Shown: positions 1 through 8,583 of the stretch, one piece after another
How the letters are laid out: the number at the start of each line of letters is the position of its first letter
Position numbering within the stretch: the first letter of the stretch is position 1
Virus record (IMG/VR): IMGVR_UViG_3300023105_003460
Span: 1 to 36,688 of that record
Origin: a virus
Taxonomy: Duplodnaviria > Caudoviricetes
DNA: 36,688 nt
Reading direction: 5' to 3' (one strand)
Made by a program: the position numbers and the translations under genes
Notes under the pieces: model-generated
Databases searched by the model: none
Seen by the model: only the letters and a program-made list of their open reading frames with translations
What the model was told of the DNA's origin: nothing

Positions 1-24
1 TAAATATATTATAGGAATACGCAT

Positions 25-288
25 ATGAAAAAGCAGACTCGTTCTATATTACAAGAACTAAACGAAATGGCAAGGAACCGTAATACGGATCATCTCATCG
101 AGAGCACAGCCAACAATATTATAAACAGCAGTATAAATCTATTCAAAAAGATTTATGAAACGTATGATGAACAGACTGCTAATGAGCTTGAGCGTAGGTT
201 TTTCAATAGCATACGCTCAGGTGATCCTCGCAAATTTAAGAGAGGCGTAGATAAAATAATTGAAAGCAAACGGCGTGATAATAAATGA
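25..288 (+). CDS. Hypothetical phage protein, late-expressed
   Basis: 87-aa ORF preceded by TAAATA (1-6) and an AGGA SD; overlaps the next gene. Confidence 0.75.
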   Translation: MKKQTRSILQELNEMARNRNTDHLIESTANNIINSSINLFKKIYETYDEQTANELERRFFNSIRSGDPRKFKRGVDKIIESKRRDNK

Positions 289-1003
289 AGGCGGCAACAT
301 TTGGACTGGCGAAGGTGGAACACAAAGAATCAACAGAGCAGATGTTGAACCTACCCTAGCTTGGCTAGAGAAGTTAACAGGTGTTCCTCACCAAGACTTC
401 AAACTAGGCACAACAGGAATAAAAGACACTTCAGGTGATTTAGATATAGCTGTTAATCCAAAAGATAAGGAAGAGATTTACAACAAACTTATGGCTTGGG
501 TTAATGAGCGCAATCTAGATCCTAAACAATGGATAAAGAAGTTTGGTGTCAATATTAGTTTCAAGACTCCTATCCGTGGCGACGAAAGCAACGGTTTTGT
601 TCAAACCGATCTGATGTTTGGAGATCAAGATTGGATGAGATGGAGCATGAAAGGTATAGCATCTGACTCTCCATTCAAAGGAAAGCATAGACATCTAATG
701 ATGGCATCTATTGCTAAAGCTAAAGGAATGATGTGGAGCTTTCAAAAAGGATTAGTTAACAGAGAAACTCGAGAACTTATATCACAAAACCCAGCCGAGA
801 TAGCAAAGAAATTACTAGGACCAAATGGCAGAGCTGAAGATTTAGATTCAGTTGAGGCTATGTGGGCTAAAGTAAAAGTAATGCCTGATGCTGAGAAGCT
901 CGTAGCTGACGCTCGTGATGCGTTTGCTAAAGAGGGCTTATCTCTACAAGAGAGCAAGCACTATGACGAGCTAGAACAAATGAAGGCAGCGGCTGGCTTA
1001 TGA
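275..1003 (+). CDS. Pol-beta-superfamily nucleotidyltransferase, probable internal head protein
   Basis: LGTTG-x5-GDLDIAV resembles the G[GS]...DxD motif, with a third Asp in VQTDLM; likely start GTG 275 (MIINEGG) rather than TTG 260. Confidence 0.7.
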   Translation: MIINEGGNIWTGEGGTQRINRADVEPTLAWLEKLTGVPHQDFKLGTTGIKDTSGDLDIAVNPKDKEEIYNKLMAWVNERNLDPKQWIKKFGVNISFKTPIRGDESNGFVQTDLMFGDQDWMRWSMKGIASDSPFKGKHRHLMMASIAKAKGMMWSFQKGLVNRETRELISQNPAEIAKKLLGPNGRAEDLDSVEAMWAKVKVMPDAEKLVADARDAFAKEGLSLQESKHYDELEQMKAAAGL

Positions 1004-2160
1004 GGTTTTTTGAATTTAGTGAATCTTTACTATTAGAAGATGAGTTACTAATGGAAGGCGCAAGAATCCAACACGCCGAAGACGTTGTGTTCTGGGAGGG
1101 ATCTCAGGGAGCAATTCGTGCTCTAGAAAGCCTTAAGAATTTAGCTAACGGAGGACATGAGGATGTCACTATAAAGTGGGACGGATCTCCTGCTATCATA
1201 TTTGGACGTGACGAAGTTACTGGTAAGTTTGTGCTAACAGACAAGTCGGGTTTTGGTGCGAAGGGATACGACGGCAAAAGCAAATCAGGCAGAGAATTAG
1301 AAAAAATGTTGGTAAACAGGAAGTTGAGCAAAGGACAGGAAGTTCCAGATGGTTATGCCAAGTTTGCCCGTAATATGAAGAATATATTTGATAGCTTTCA
1401 ATCAGTAGTTCCACCGGATCATACTGGATACTTCAAGGGTGACTTGCTGTACTTTGATACGCCAAAAGTCGTAGACGGTAACTTTGTCTTCACACCAAAT
1501 ATTGTAACATATACTATACCTGTCAAGAGTGAGTTAGGGCAACGCATCGCTCGTTCTAAAACAGGCGTAGTTATACACAATGAGGTTAGTGAGGATGGCA
1601 CTGAATCACCATTAAGCATTGATCCCAATGCTTATTTTGGTGACGGAGAGGCATTGATATTCCCTCCAGTCGTTGTACAAAAATCTCCAAAAGTAAAGAA
1701 CGATGAAATAAAGCAGTTACAAGCTCATATCAATCAGCATGGTAAAGCTATTGATTCTTTGCTAAAAAGAGAAACATTACAAGGGCTAAAAATATCAGAT
1801 TTGCCTTCTGTCTTCTACACATACACAAACAGTAAAGTTGGTTCTAATATGAATGACTTGGGGGGCGACTTTCTTGATTGGCTAGCCAGTAGTAAAGTTA
1901 GCGCACCAAAGCAAGAGAGAATGCGAGATTATATTCAAAACAACAAAGCAGGATTTACAGCACTATGGAAAATAGTAAGAGAAATACAAGTTGTAAAGGA
2001 TCATATTATAGATCAGTTTGACAAGCAAGACGCTGATGTCAAAGCATCTATTGGTGATACTCCAGGAGGTGAAGGCTATGTATTATCTCATCCTGAAGGT
2101 CCTATTAAGTTAGTTAATAGAGCAGGATTTACAGCAGCAAACAGAGCAATAGAACGATGA
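1000..2160 (+). CDS. DUF6267-like protein with ATP-dependent ligase/capping-enzyme motifs
   Basis: TIKWDGSP (motif I KxDG), FKGDLLY (III-like), GGEGYVL (IV), PIKLV (V-like); ATGA overlap with the upstream gene. Confidence 0.6.
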   Translation: MRFFEFSESLLLEDELLMEGARIQHAEDVVFWEGSQGAIRALESLKNLANGGHEDVTIKWDGSPAIIFGRDEVTGKFVLTDKSGFGAKGYDGKSKSGRELEKMLVNRKLSKGQEVPDGYAKFARNMKNIFDSFQSVVPPDHTGYFKGDLLYFDTPKVVDGNFVFTPNIVTYTIPVKSELGQRIARSKTGVVIHNEVSEDGTESPLSIDPNAYFGDGEALIFPPVVVQKSPKVKNDEIKQLQAHINQHGKAIDSLLKRETLQGLKISDLPSVFYTYTNSKVGSNMNDLGGDFLDWLASSKVSAPKQERMRDYIQNNKAGFTALWKIVREIQVVKDHIIDQFDKQDADVKASIGDTPGGEGYVLSHPEGPIKLVNRAGFTAANRAIER

Positions 2161-3029
2161 TGGAATTTATAAAAGAATTGCATGAATCTAAAATGATTAG
2201 AGACTCTCTAAATCAGAGATCTCTCACTTATAGTGATTGTTGTGAACGAATGTATCTTATACTTCTTAGTATGGAACTGATGAAACATTACCCAAGATAT
2301 TCAAGTTTTGTTCATAAGTATGCATCTAAAACAAAACATCACAGTTATAAGGCATTTCGCCCAAGCGGAACAGACTTATACAATTACATATATTTTATTC
2401 AAGGCGATGACGAAGCTATAGGAAAACTAAAAGATCCAGGATCTGCTCGAAGGCAGCAAGGTTTGAGTGCTTTTCCTGCTCGAGAGGTTACACAATATAT
2501 AGCTCGTATGAGTGTAGGAACTCCGTCTTCAACACAACAAATGTTCATTCGTATAGAGAATGGATTAAACATAAACAATAAAGATTATAGCGAATTGAGA
2601 CGCTATATTGGGCGTTACAGCAAAGAGTCTAGAGAGGCTCAAAAAAATATTGCTACTAAATTATTATATGCTTTACGAGCTAAACTACGAAATAGCGATA
2701 TTATAGATGATTTTAGCAAGCTAGTCGCAGATAACGATTTAGAAAGCTCACGAGTTACAGATACAGAGCCTGCACAAAGCACACCTGATATAACTACAAC
2801 TCCTAAAGAGTTTATGTTATATAGAAGGTTAGGCGTAGAAGGAAATAAACTAGGGCAGCTCATGATGTTCCTACGCCATGCTAGGGAAGGTAAATCAATA
2901 CCAAGCCACTTAGTCAGCTCGTATCATCCGTTATTTGAGATTATAAGTGATATCATAGATGCTGGACCAGCTGAAGTTCAGATGTTACGAAATCTACATA
3001 AGCGAGCTTTAAAATCAAAAAATGGCTAA
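2157..3029 (+). CDS. Hypothetical phage protein (probable virion/internal)
   Basis: 290-aa ORF coupled by ATGA overlap; N-terminus MMEFIKELHE. Confidence 0.75.
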   Translation: MMEFIKELHESKMIRDSLNQRSLTYSDCCERMYLILLSMELMKHYPRYSSFVHKYASKTKHHSYKAFRPSGTDLYNYIYFIQGDDEAIGKLKDPGSARRQQGLSAFPAREVTQYIARMSVGTPSSTQQMFIRIENGLNINNKDYSELRRYIGRYSKESREAQKNIATKLLYALRAKLRNSDIIDDFSKLVADNDLESSRVTDTEPAQSTPDITTTPKEFMLYRRLGVEGNKLGQLMMFLRHAREGKSIPSHLVSSYHPLFEIISDIIDAGPAEVQMLRNLHKRALKSKNG

Positions 3030-3063
3030 ATAATATTAGAAACATTTTTAAGGAGAATGAAAA

Positions 3064-3537
3064 ATGGCTGATTTAATGAATTATACAACCCATCACGGGT
3101 GGGGGTATGCTGATAATTATAAAACTCTTACTAATAACCAAGCTGATGTAGGACGCGAACTAATCGTTCGTTTCGTAAAATCGGCTATGACATATGATGA
3201 TATTTGGGTCTTTATGAATAAGATGACTATGGCTCAAGGCAAGTCTGCTACACAAACTGCCTCAGCTACTAACATCTTTACACCTGTAACAGGTTACCCA
3301 AATGGACATCCATATGCAGATGGTGCTGATCCATTGCCAGTAGATACAGTAACAATTGCCGCTCTTGGTACTCCTGATGGACTTCCCATCAAAGACAAGA
3401 TTGAGGCTGCTGGTGGTTCAACACTGGGCGAGATGTGGTTCCGCTGCCAAACAACTGGCGAACCAAACATTGACGATGCTGCTGCCGAAGCTGGTGGTTC
3501 CGCTACAATCGTTGCTTACTTCGCTCCACTTCACTAA
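3064..3537 (+). CDS. Probable abundant structural protein
   Basis: Own TAAATA promoter (3027-3032), strong AAGGAG SD, Ala/Thr/Gly-rich, followed by an intrinsic terminator; function is inference. Confidence 0.6.
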   Translation: MADLMNYTTHHGWGYADNYKTLTNNQADVGRELIVRFVKSAMTYDDIWVFMNKMTMAQGKSATQTASATNIFTPVTGYPNGHPYADGADPLPVDTVTIAALGTPDGLPIKDKIEAAGGSTLGEMWFRCQTTGEPNIDDAAAEAGGSATIVAYFAPLH

Positions 3538-3564
3538 GATAGGGATTTAACCCACTGTAAAAAG

Positions 3565-3591
3565 AGCACCGTTTTTTGCGGTGCTTTTTTT
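3565..3591 (+). terminator. Rho-independent terminator
   Basis: AGCACCG / CGGTGCT stem followed by a T tract. Confidence 0.85.
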
Positions 3592-3600
3592 ACTTCTACT

Positions 3601-3606
3601 TAAATA
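3601..3606 (+). promoter_or_regulatory. T4-type late promoter (TAAATA), leaderless
   Basis: TAAATA 5 nt before ATG 3612, no SD. Confidence 0.65.
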
Positions 3607-3611
3607 GTAGT

Positions 3612-4004
3612 ATGAGAACACAAATACTAACACTTATTGACGTTACAAATACAAACGCCCGTCGAGGCGATGATAATCAAAAAGAATACGCACAACAATC
3701 AAATTTAAATACACTAATCCAAACAGCATCTTTAAGAGCTAACCTAACCCCTACAAAAATTGAACTAAAACACGGAGGAATTTCTACACTAGGCTTTGGT
3801 GTTAACTTTAAAGGTAAGCAGAAGTATTGGGTTATAACATTTGAAGATGAAAGAGATACTCCTATTACGACTGATATGTTTAAAGAAGATTTTGATTTTG
3901 TTCCTGTTACATTAGGACTAGATGAAACAGCAGAGATAGATCAAGCAGTTATGTTAACAAAAGACTCTCGAAAGAAAAATATAACTTTTAGACATATCGA
4001 CTAA
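3612..4004 (+). CDS. Hypothetical phage protein
   Basis: Start corrected to ATG 3612 because the tracked TTG 3576 lies inside the terminator. Confidence 0.75.
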   Translation: MRTQILTLIDVTNTNARRGDDNQKEYAQQSNLNTLIQTASLRANLTPTKIELKHGGISTLGFGVNFKGKQKYWVITFEDERDTPITTDMFKEDFDFVPVTLGLDETAEIDQAVMLTKDSRKKNITFRHID

Positions 4005-4007
4005 ATA
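4002..4007 (+). promoter_or_regulatory. T4-type late promoter (TAAATA), leaderless
   Basis: TAAATA 5 nt before ATG 4013. Confidence 0.6.
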
Positions 4008-4012
4008 CTTGT

Positions 4013-4294
4013 ATGCAAGTACAAGAATTATTAGAGGATATCGAGATAAACGAAAAACAAGTTTGGGCTCGATCCGGAAAACAAGTTGTAAGAAAATATC
4101 GATGTTCAGGTGGCAAACGCAATGGTAGAGTTGTTACTTCTATGTCACAATGCTATGCTCCTATTGATATCAAAAAACGAATGTCTCTGAGAAAGACTAA
4201 ATCTAAGCAAGGCGCTCGTATGATGCGTAAAGCACAAAAAACCAAACGAGTAAATCCTGCTTCTAAACGAGTACAACGGCTCAACAAACACTAA
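4013..4294 (+). CDS. Small basic protein, probable internal head protein
   Basis: Acidic leader MQVQELLEDIEINE followed by a very K/R-rich body. Confidence 0.75.
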   Translation: MQVQELLEDIEINEKQVWARSGKQVVRKYRCSGGKRNGRVVTSMSQCYAPIDIKKRMSLRKTKSKQGARMMRKAQKTKRVNPASKRVQRLNKH

Positions 4295-4302
4295 GGAATA
4301 AT

Positions 4303-4602
4303 ATGAGAATATCAGATATTACACAAGAGCCGTTATTAGAAATGGGCCCCACACCGCCCACACCTCCTACTGGTCCTGGCAATGCTAACGGACCTAAGCA
4401 AATGCAAGTCGTCAAAGATGATCCCAAAGCTACTACAGTGGTTGATCCTAAAACAAAGGTGACAATGAACATACCTAAGGATCCAAAGAAACCAGGAGCT
4501 GCATCTACTGACAAGCAAGGCAACGTAACAATAAACACAAAGGCATCCGGCCCTGGCGCTCAGCAAGGACTAAAAGCCGGGACAAAAGTTAACGTGATAT
4601 GA
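4303..4602 (+). CDS. Hypothetical Pro/Lys-rich protein
   Basis: AAGGA SD; N-terminus MRISDITQEPLLE. Confidence 0.75.
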   Translation: MRISDITQEPLLEMGPTPPTPPTGPGNANGPKQMQVVKDDPKATTVVDPKTKVTMNIPKDPKKPGAASTDKQGNVTINTKASGPGAQQGLKAGTKVNVI

Positions 4603-4805
4603 GACTGAATGAGCTACTAGGCGAATTTAGTATCTACGTTAATAATGAAGAAAGTGCTCTCCTAGACAGAATGCCTGAGCATAATGTTTTATTGACTTTC
4701 TTCAATGATCATGAGCAAGTTGTTTTAAATGATTTGATTAGGAAATCCCTAGTCAAACGTATTGTTGAAGGTGGACTCGTTTCAGTAAGGAAAAATGTAC
4801 AATAA
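4599..4805 (+). CDS. Hypothetical protein
   Basis: ATGA overlap; N-terminus MRLNELLGE. Confidence 0.7.
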   Translation: MRLNELLGEFSIYVNNEESALLDRMPEHNVLLTFFNDHEQVVLNDLIRKSLVKRIVEGGLVSVRKNVQ

Positions 4806-5217
4806 ACACATCGTTGAACAAATCTTTTCACTCATTAATAAATCTAAAATGCTATCAACTATTCCAGTCAAGATCAATAATAATATTCGTGTGGGCGGTT
4901 ATGAGATTATGCCAATTGAGGCAGGTTATTATGTTATAGATGTTGAGCGGGATCGTGTAATAGAAGAAACATGGACAAGAGCAGCAGCTCTTGCTTTTGT
5001 TAGAGCACGAATAACGAACAACTTAGAACACATATCTAAAATCAAAGAATTAGATAAGCTAATTGAGAAGCATGAACTAGATAGTAGATTTTATAAAAAC
5101 TCATTGGCACATTCCGATAATCCAGATAAGACATTAACTATTACTACGAGATTAGAACTATCTGAGGCACTCACTGCTCATGCTAAACAGCAGATTAAAG
5201 AAATAATATTAGCGTAA
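4795..5217 (+). CDS. Hypothetical protein
   Basis: 140-aa ORF with AAGG SD, in operon context. Confidence 0.7.
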   Translation: MYNKHIVEQIFSLINKSKMLSTIPVKINNNIRVGGYEIMPIEAGYYVIDVERDRVIEETWTRAAALAFVRARITNNLEHISKIKELDKLIEKHELDSRFYKNSLAHSDNPDKTLTITTRLELSEALTAHAKQQIKEIILA

Positions 5218-5255
5218 AGATAAATAAATAAAATATATTATTAGGATGAGTAATC

Positions 5256-6347
5256 ATGAAACTACAAGAGATTTCGAAACCAAAAACTGCTGCACAGCTA
5301 AATGAAACTCTAGCTAAAACCTTCGGCCAAAAGATTGATTTAGAGGCATTTACTTTAGAGCAGTTACAAGATGCTCGCAATAAAGTGAGAACAAGTTTGC
5401 GTGACATTGAAACTACAGAAAGTTTTGATGCTACAATACGAAACGAAGACTACCAAAGAAACAAAATGTATTTGGATGTTTTAAATGCTGCTCTTAGTGA
5501 GAGAAATCATATCTCAGAACGTACTTCAACAGTGGACCTTGGTATAGGTAAAGCACTAAGAAAAGGGCAACAATGGGTTGATGACAATGTCATTACTCCA
5601 GGTATGAAGCTTGCTAAGAAAGGCGTAAAAAGAGTAGGCAGAGGAGTTGATAATACTGTAGATGCTGCTGATGACGCTATTGATAGATATAGAACTAAGC
5701 AAATGCAACCTAAGAAAAAGTTCAAAGTTAGAACAAAATCCTCAGGACAGCAAGCAGGCAAACACGCCAAAGATGCCGTAAATTCTCTAAGAGGCGAAGG
5801 CATTATGTACACCAACGGTTCAAGATTAGCTGAAGGTGCACAAGAGCAAGCTGAACTTGTAATGGCAGCGAAAGAACTTGTAGATACAGTAGGCAAATGG
5901 TTACAGGATACTGCTGAGATGCAATCAGAAAGTATGTTGAAACTAACAGACGCAATCCGTGATGAACTTGGACAAGAGCAGGCGGATCAATTCCAGCAAT
6001 CAGTAAAACCCACATTAGAAGCACTATATCAAGCACTAGAGGCATCAAGAGGCGCACTAACACAAGGAGTATCCTTGTTAACAGGCGAAGGCGGCGCAGC
6101 ACCTCAAGAGATGGGTGCCGAACCAGCGCCAGAAGGCGAGATGGAACCACTTGAGGGCGGAGCTGAAATGGGAGCAGAGATGCCAGCTGAACCAGGTATG
6201 GAAGCAGGTATGGAAGCAGGCGGAGATGAGTTTGCCACAGCACCCGCAGCAGGAGGCGGAATGGAAGACGCAGGACGCCCAGCAAGAGAAAGCATCAATA
6301 GGCTATCACACTCACTAGGAACAATCCTTAGCTCAAAAAAAAAATAA
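5256..6347 (+). CDS. Coiled-coil protein with acidic low-complexity tail, possible head scaffold/core protein
   Basis: TAAATA at 5221-5226; helical heptads, several (I/L)-x-E sites, G/A/E/P/M-rich tail; ends in an A10 run plus TAA. Confidence 0.7.
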   Translation: MKLQEISKPKTAAQLNETLAKTFGQKIDLEAFTLEQLQDARNKVRTSLRDIETTESFDATIRNEDYQRNKMYLDVLNAALSERNHISERTSTVDLGIGKALRKGQQWVDDNVITPGMKLAKKGVKRVGRGVDNTVDAADDAIDRYRTKQMQPKKKFKVRTKSSGQQAGKHAKDAVNSLRGEGIMYTNGSRLAEGAQEQAELVMAAKELVDTVGKWLQDTAEMQSESMLKLTDAIRDELGQEQADQFQQSVKPTLEALYQALEASRGALTQGVSLLTGEGGAAPQEMGAEPAPEGEMEPLEGGAEMGAEMPAEPGMEAGMEAGGDEFATAPAAGGGMEDAGRPARESINRLSHSLGTILSSKKK

Positions 6348-6367
6348 TTTCTGAAGAAGGCGAAGAC

Positions 6368-6808
6368 ATGATGGGGATGGATGGAGAAGCTCCTCCACCT
6401 CCACCCGCGCCTGACGCAGGACCTAAATCCACAGCACCAAAATTAGCTATGGTTCTTCGCAGTCTAATTGGCGCTGCTGATGAAAAGAACACAGGCTTAT
6501 ATCTACACTTTGACAAAGTAACAGACGAGAACAAAAAAGAAGGCGCTATGAACATTGACTTGAACAAAGCAATGCGTAACGCTGGTGGAGAAAACTTTGA
6601 CTATGGGGCATTTAAAGCTTCATACGATACTGATCCACGTGTAAAGACAATGGTAGCAAACTTTGATCAGAAGGGAATTGAAGCTAAAACAGCAAAAACA
6701 ATAGATGACAAAGGCGGTGAGGAAGCAGCAACTGATGCTGATCCAAACGGAGTAGAGCAACTGGCTAAACAAGCTACTGATATTAGTAGCCTCGGATCTA
6801 ATGTATAA
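6368..6808 (+). CDS. Hypothetical protein; possibly a -1 frameshift extension of 5256..6347
   Basis: This frame is open back through the A10 run (ATA ATT TCT GAA GAA GGC GAA GAC ATG). Confidence 0.7.
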   Translation: MMGMDGEAPPPPPAPDAGPKSTAPKLAMVLRSLIGAADEKNTGLYLHFDKVTDENKKEGAMNIDLNKAMRNAGGENFDYGAFKASYDTDPRVKTMVANFDQKGIEAKTAKTIDDKGGEEAATDADPNGVEQLAKQATDISSLGSNV

Positions 6809-6815
6809 AAAAGAC

Positions 6816-6844
6816 TTGACAAACGAAATTATTCGTGTTATAAT
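6816..6844 (+). promoter_or_regulatory. Sigma70-type early promoter
   Basis: TTGACA-17 nt-TATAAT with an extended TG and A-rich upstream DNA. Confidence 0.85.
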
Positions 6845-6855
6845 GAAAGTATAAA

Positions 6856-7185
6856 ATGGAAAAAGTAAGAACCAACGAAGAAGTAATTACACATATTAAA
6901 GAAATTCTAAAAGAGTATGTAGCACCTGCGGTGGATATGCATGGTGGGGTGGTAAACTTTATTAGTTTTGAAGATGGTGTTCTAACATTACAACTGTCTG
7001 GTAGTTGTAGTGGCTGCGCTGGCTCAACTTATACGTTACAAATGGGAATCGAAGGTATGTTCCGCCAACACGTTCCAGAAGTGGAGTTTATTCAAGCAGA
7101 ACACGATACAGCATATAATAATCCATATTATTCATATGATGACACTTTCTTTGATTCTAATAATGATCCCTCTATGCTAAATTAA
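6856..7185 (+). CDS. NifU C-terminal/NfuA-like Fe-S cluster carrier
   Basis: VAPAVDMHGGVV...LQLSGSCSGC...TLQMGIE signature with CxxC. Confidence 0.88.
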   Translation: MEKVRTNEEVITHIKEILKEYVAPAVDMHGGVVNFISFEDGVLTLQLSGSCSGCAGSTYTLQMGIEGMFRQHVPEVEFIQAEHDTAYNNPYYSYDDTFFDSNNDPSMLN

Positions 7186-7187
7186 AT

Positions 7188-7871
7188 ATGAGTCTAATAG
7201 TAAATAAATTTGATTACAAACCCCTCACCCGAACGAGTGTCGATGGAAAGCGACTTTATAATGCTCCTAACGGCGGTCCTGTGCCTAGTGTTACTACGGT
7301 ACTAGACGCTACAAAGGACAAAACTCATCTAATGGAATGGCGGAAGAGAGTTGGTGAACAAAAAGCACAAGAGATTACTACAGAGGCTGCCGGTGTAGGA
7401 ACTAGGATGCACAAATATCTTGAGGACTACATTGAGACTGGCGAGTGGCCCACACCTGGAAGCAATCCATATGCCCAACAAGCACACAAAATGGCAGAAG
7501 TTATCCGTGAGCAAGCATTTAGCCAAATCACTGAGATATGGGGCTCTGAGATAGCAGTATATATGCCTAATATGTATGCTGGCACAACTGACTTAGTCTG
7601 TGAGTATAAAGGCAATCCGTCAATTTGCGATTTTAAACAATCGAATAAAGAAAAGAAAGAAGAATGGGTGATGGATTACTATCTGCAACTTGTAGCATAT
7701 GCAGAAGCACACAATGAGGTGTATGGAACCAACATTCGGGAAGGGCACATATTTATGTGCACCAGGGATTTAGTATATCAGCAGTTCGATCTTACACCGG
7801 AAAACTATGACGAGTGGAGACACGAATGGTATGAGAGGCTATATAGATACTATGAGTTACAGGCAGCGTGA
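7188..7871 (+). CDS. PD-(D/E)XK exonuclease (T4-like phage, Cas4-related fold)
   Basis: PSVTTVL, GTRMH, E...YAGTTDL...ICDFK, QLVAY motifs. Confidence 0.88.
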   Translation: MSLIVNKFDYKPLTRTSVDGKRLYNAPNGGPVPSVTTVLDATKDKTHLMEWRKRVGEQKAQEITTEAAGVGTRMHKYLEDYIETGEWPTPGSNPYAQQAHKMAEVIREQAFSQITEIWGSEIAVYMPNMYAGTTDLVCEYKGNPSICDFKQSNKEKKEEWVMDYYLQLVAYAEAHNEVYGTNIREGHIFMCTRDLVYQQFDLTPENYDEWRHEWYERLYRYYELQAA

Positions 7872-8458
7872 CGGCAGTTATCGAAATGCCAACGCCTCAT
7901 AGCCATACCTTCCTTGCCTTGCTTACCGCAATGAGGACAGGTTACAATAGGCTTGTTAAGCATACGCTCGCGGGATGCCTCGCCAATAGCTTGTTTAGCC
8001 TCCGGACTGTGAGTCTTACCAAACAGAGGATGCTTGTCACCGCTTCTGTCCCATTTACGGGAGCTTGGGTAGTTGCATTTCTTGCCGTAGTTGTTAGGCT
8101 TCTTGCCTACCTTTGCGGCAGAGAGTTTAGCACGAGTGTCATCAGATACAACTCGATTTGCAGCAGCCTCAGACATACGAGCGCGAGTTACAGGACCGGG
8201 TGTAGGACCGTCACCTCCGGTAGTGAGGTTGCGTAGGATGCCTGTGCCGAGATCCTTTCTACCATGGAGGAGGATCAGTTCTTTTTCCATCCGTAATGCT
8301 TCCAATTCTGGTAAGTTCTCGGCAACTAAACGGATGCGATTTCTCGGTGGCACCTTAACACAATGATCAGCATCGTAAGCTCTGTTACCTTTGCCTTTAC
8401 CAATATAGTAAGGCGATCCGTCCTCACGGAGGTATTCATAAACATAGTAAATATTCAT
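7850..8458 (-). mobile_element. Free-standing GIY-YIG homing endonuclease with NUMOD3-like repeats and a C-terminal CPHC motif
   Basis: YYVYEY...PYYIGKG, catalytic R, E and N (LRNLTTGG); HPLFGKTHSPEAK repeat; start corrected to 8458; the only credible minus-strand gene. Confidence 0.88.
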
Positions 8459-8462
8459 ACTG

Positions 8463-8468
8463 TATTTA
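8463..8468 (-). promoter_or_regulatory. Late promoter (TAAATA) of the homing endonuclease, leaderless
   Basis: Minus strand reads GATAAATA-CAGT-ATG. Confidence 0.6.
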
Positions 8469-8504
8469 TCTATGTATATAACTATAAGAAAAAAAAGATT
8501 TATC

Positions 8505-8533
8505 TTGACATTTAAGTCATTTCGTGCTATGCT
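8505..8533 (+). promoter_or_regulatory. Sigma70-type promoter
   Basis: TTGACA-17 nt-TATGCT with an extended TG; a late TAAATA follows at 8553-8558. Confidence 0.6.
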
Positions 8534-8583
8534 AAAGATAAGCCCTGAGCGATAAATACACAATATAGAATAAGGAGAGTCAT

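Noticed and set aside
7188-7871. Cas4-like nuclease as evidence of a CRISPR system
   Set aside because: No repeat-spacer array or other cas gene is visible, the four-Cys cluster is absent, and such exonucleases are common in T4-like phages
7868-8236. Plus-strand 122-aa ORF coupled to the exonuclease
   Set aside because: Antisense shadow of the GIY-YIG gene, with no motif or SD
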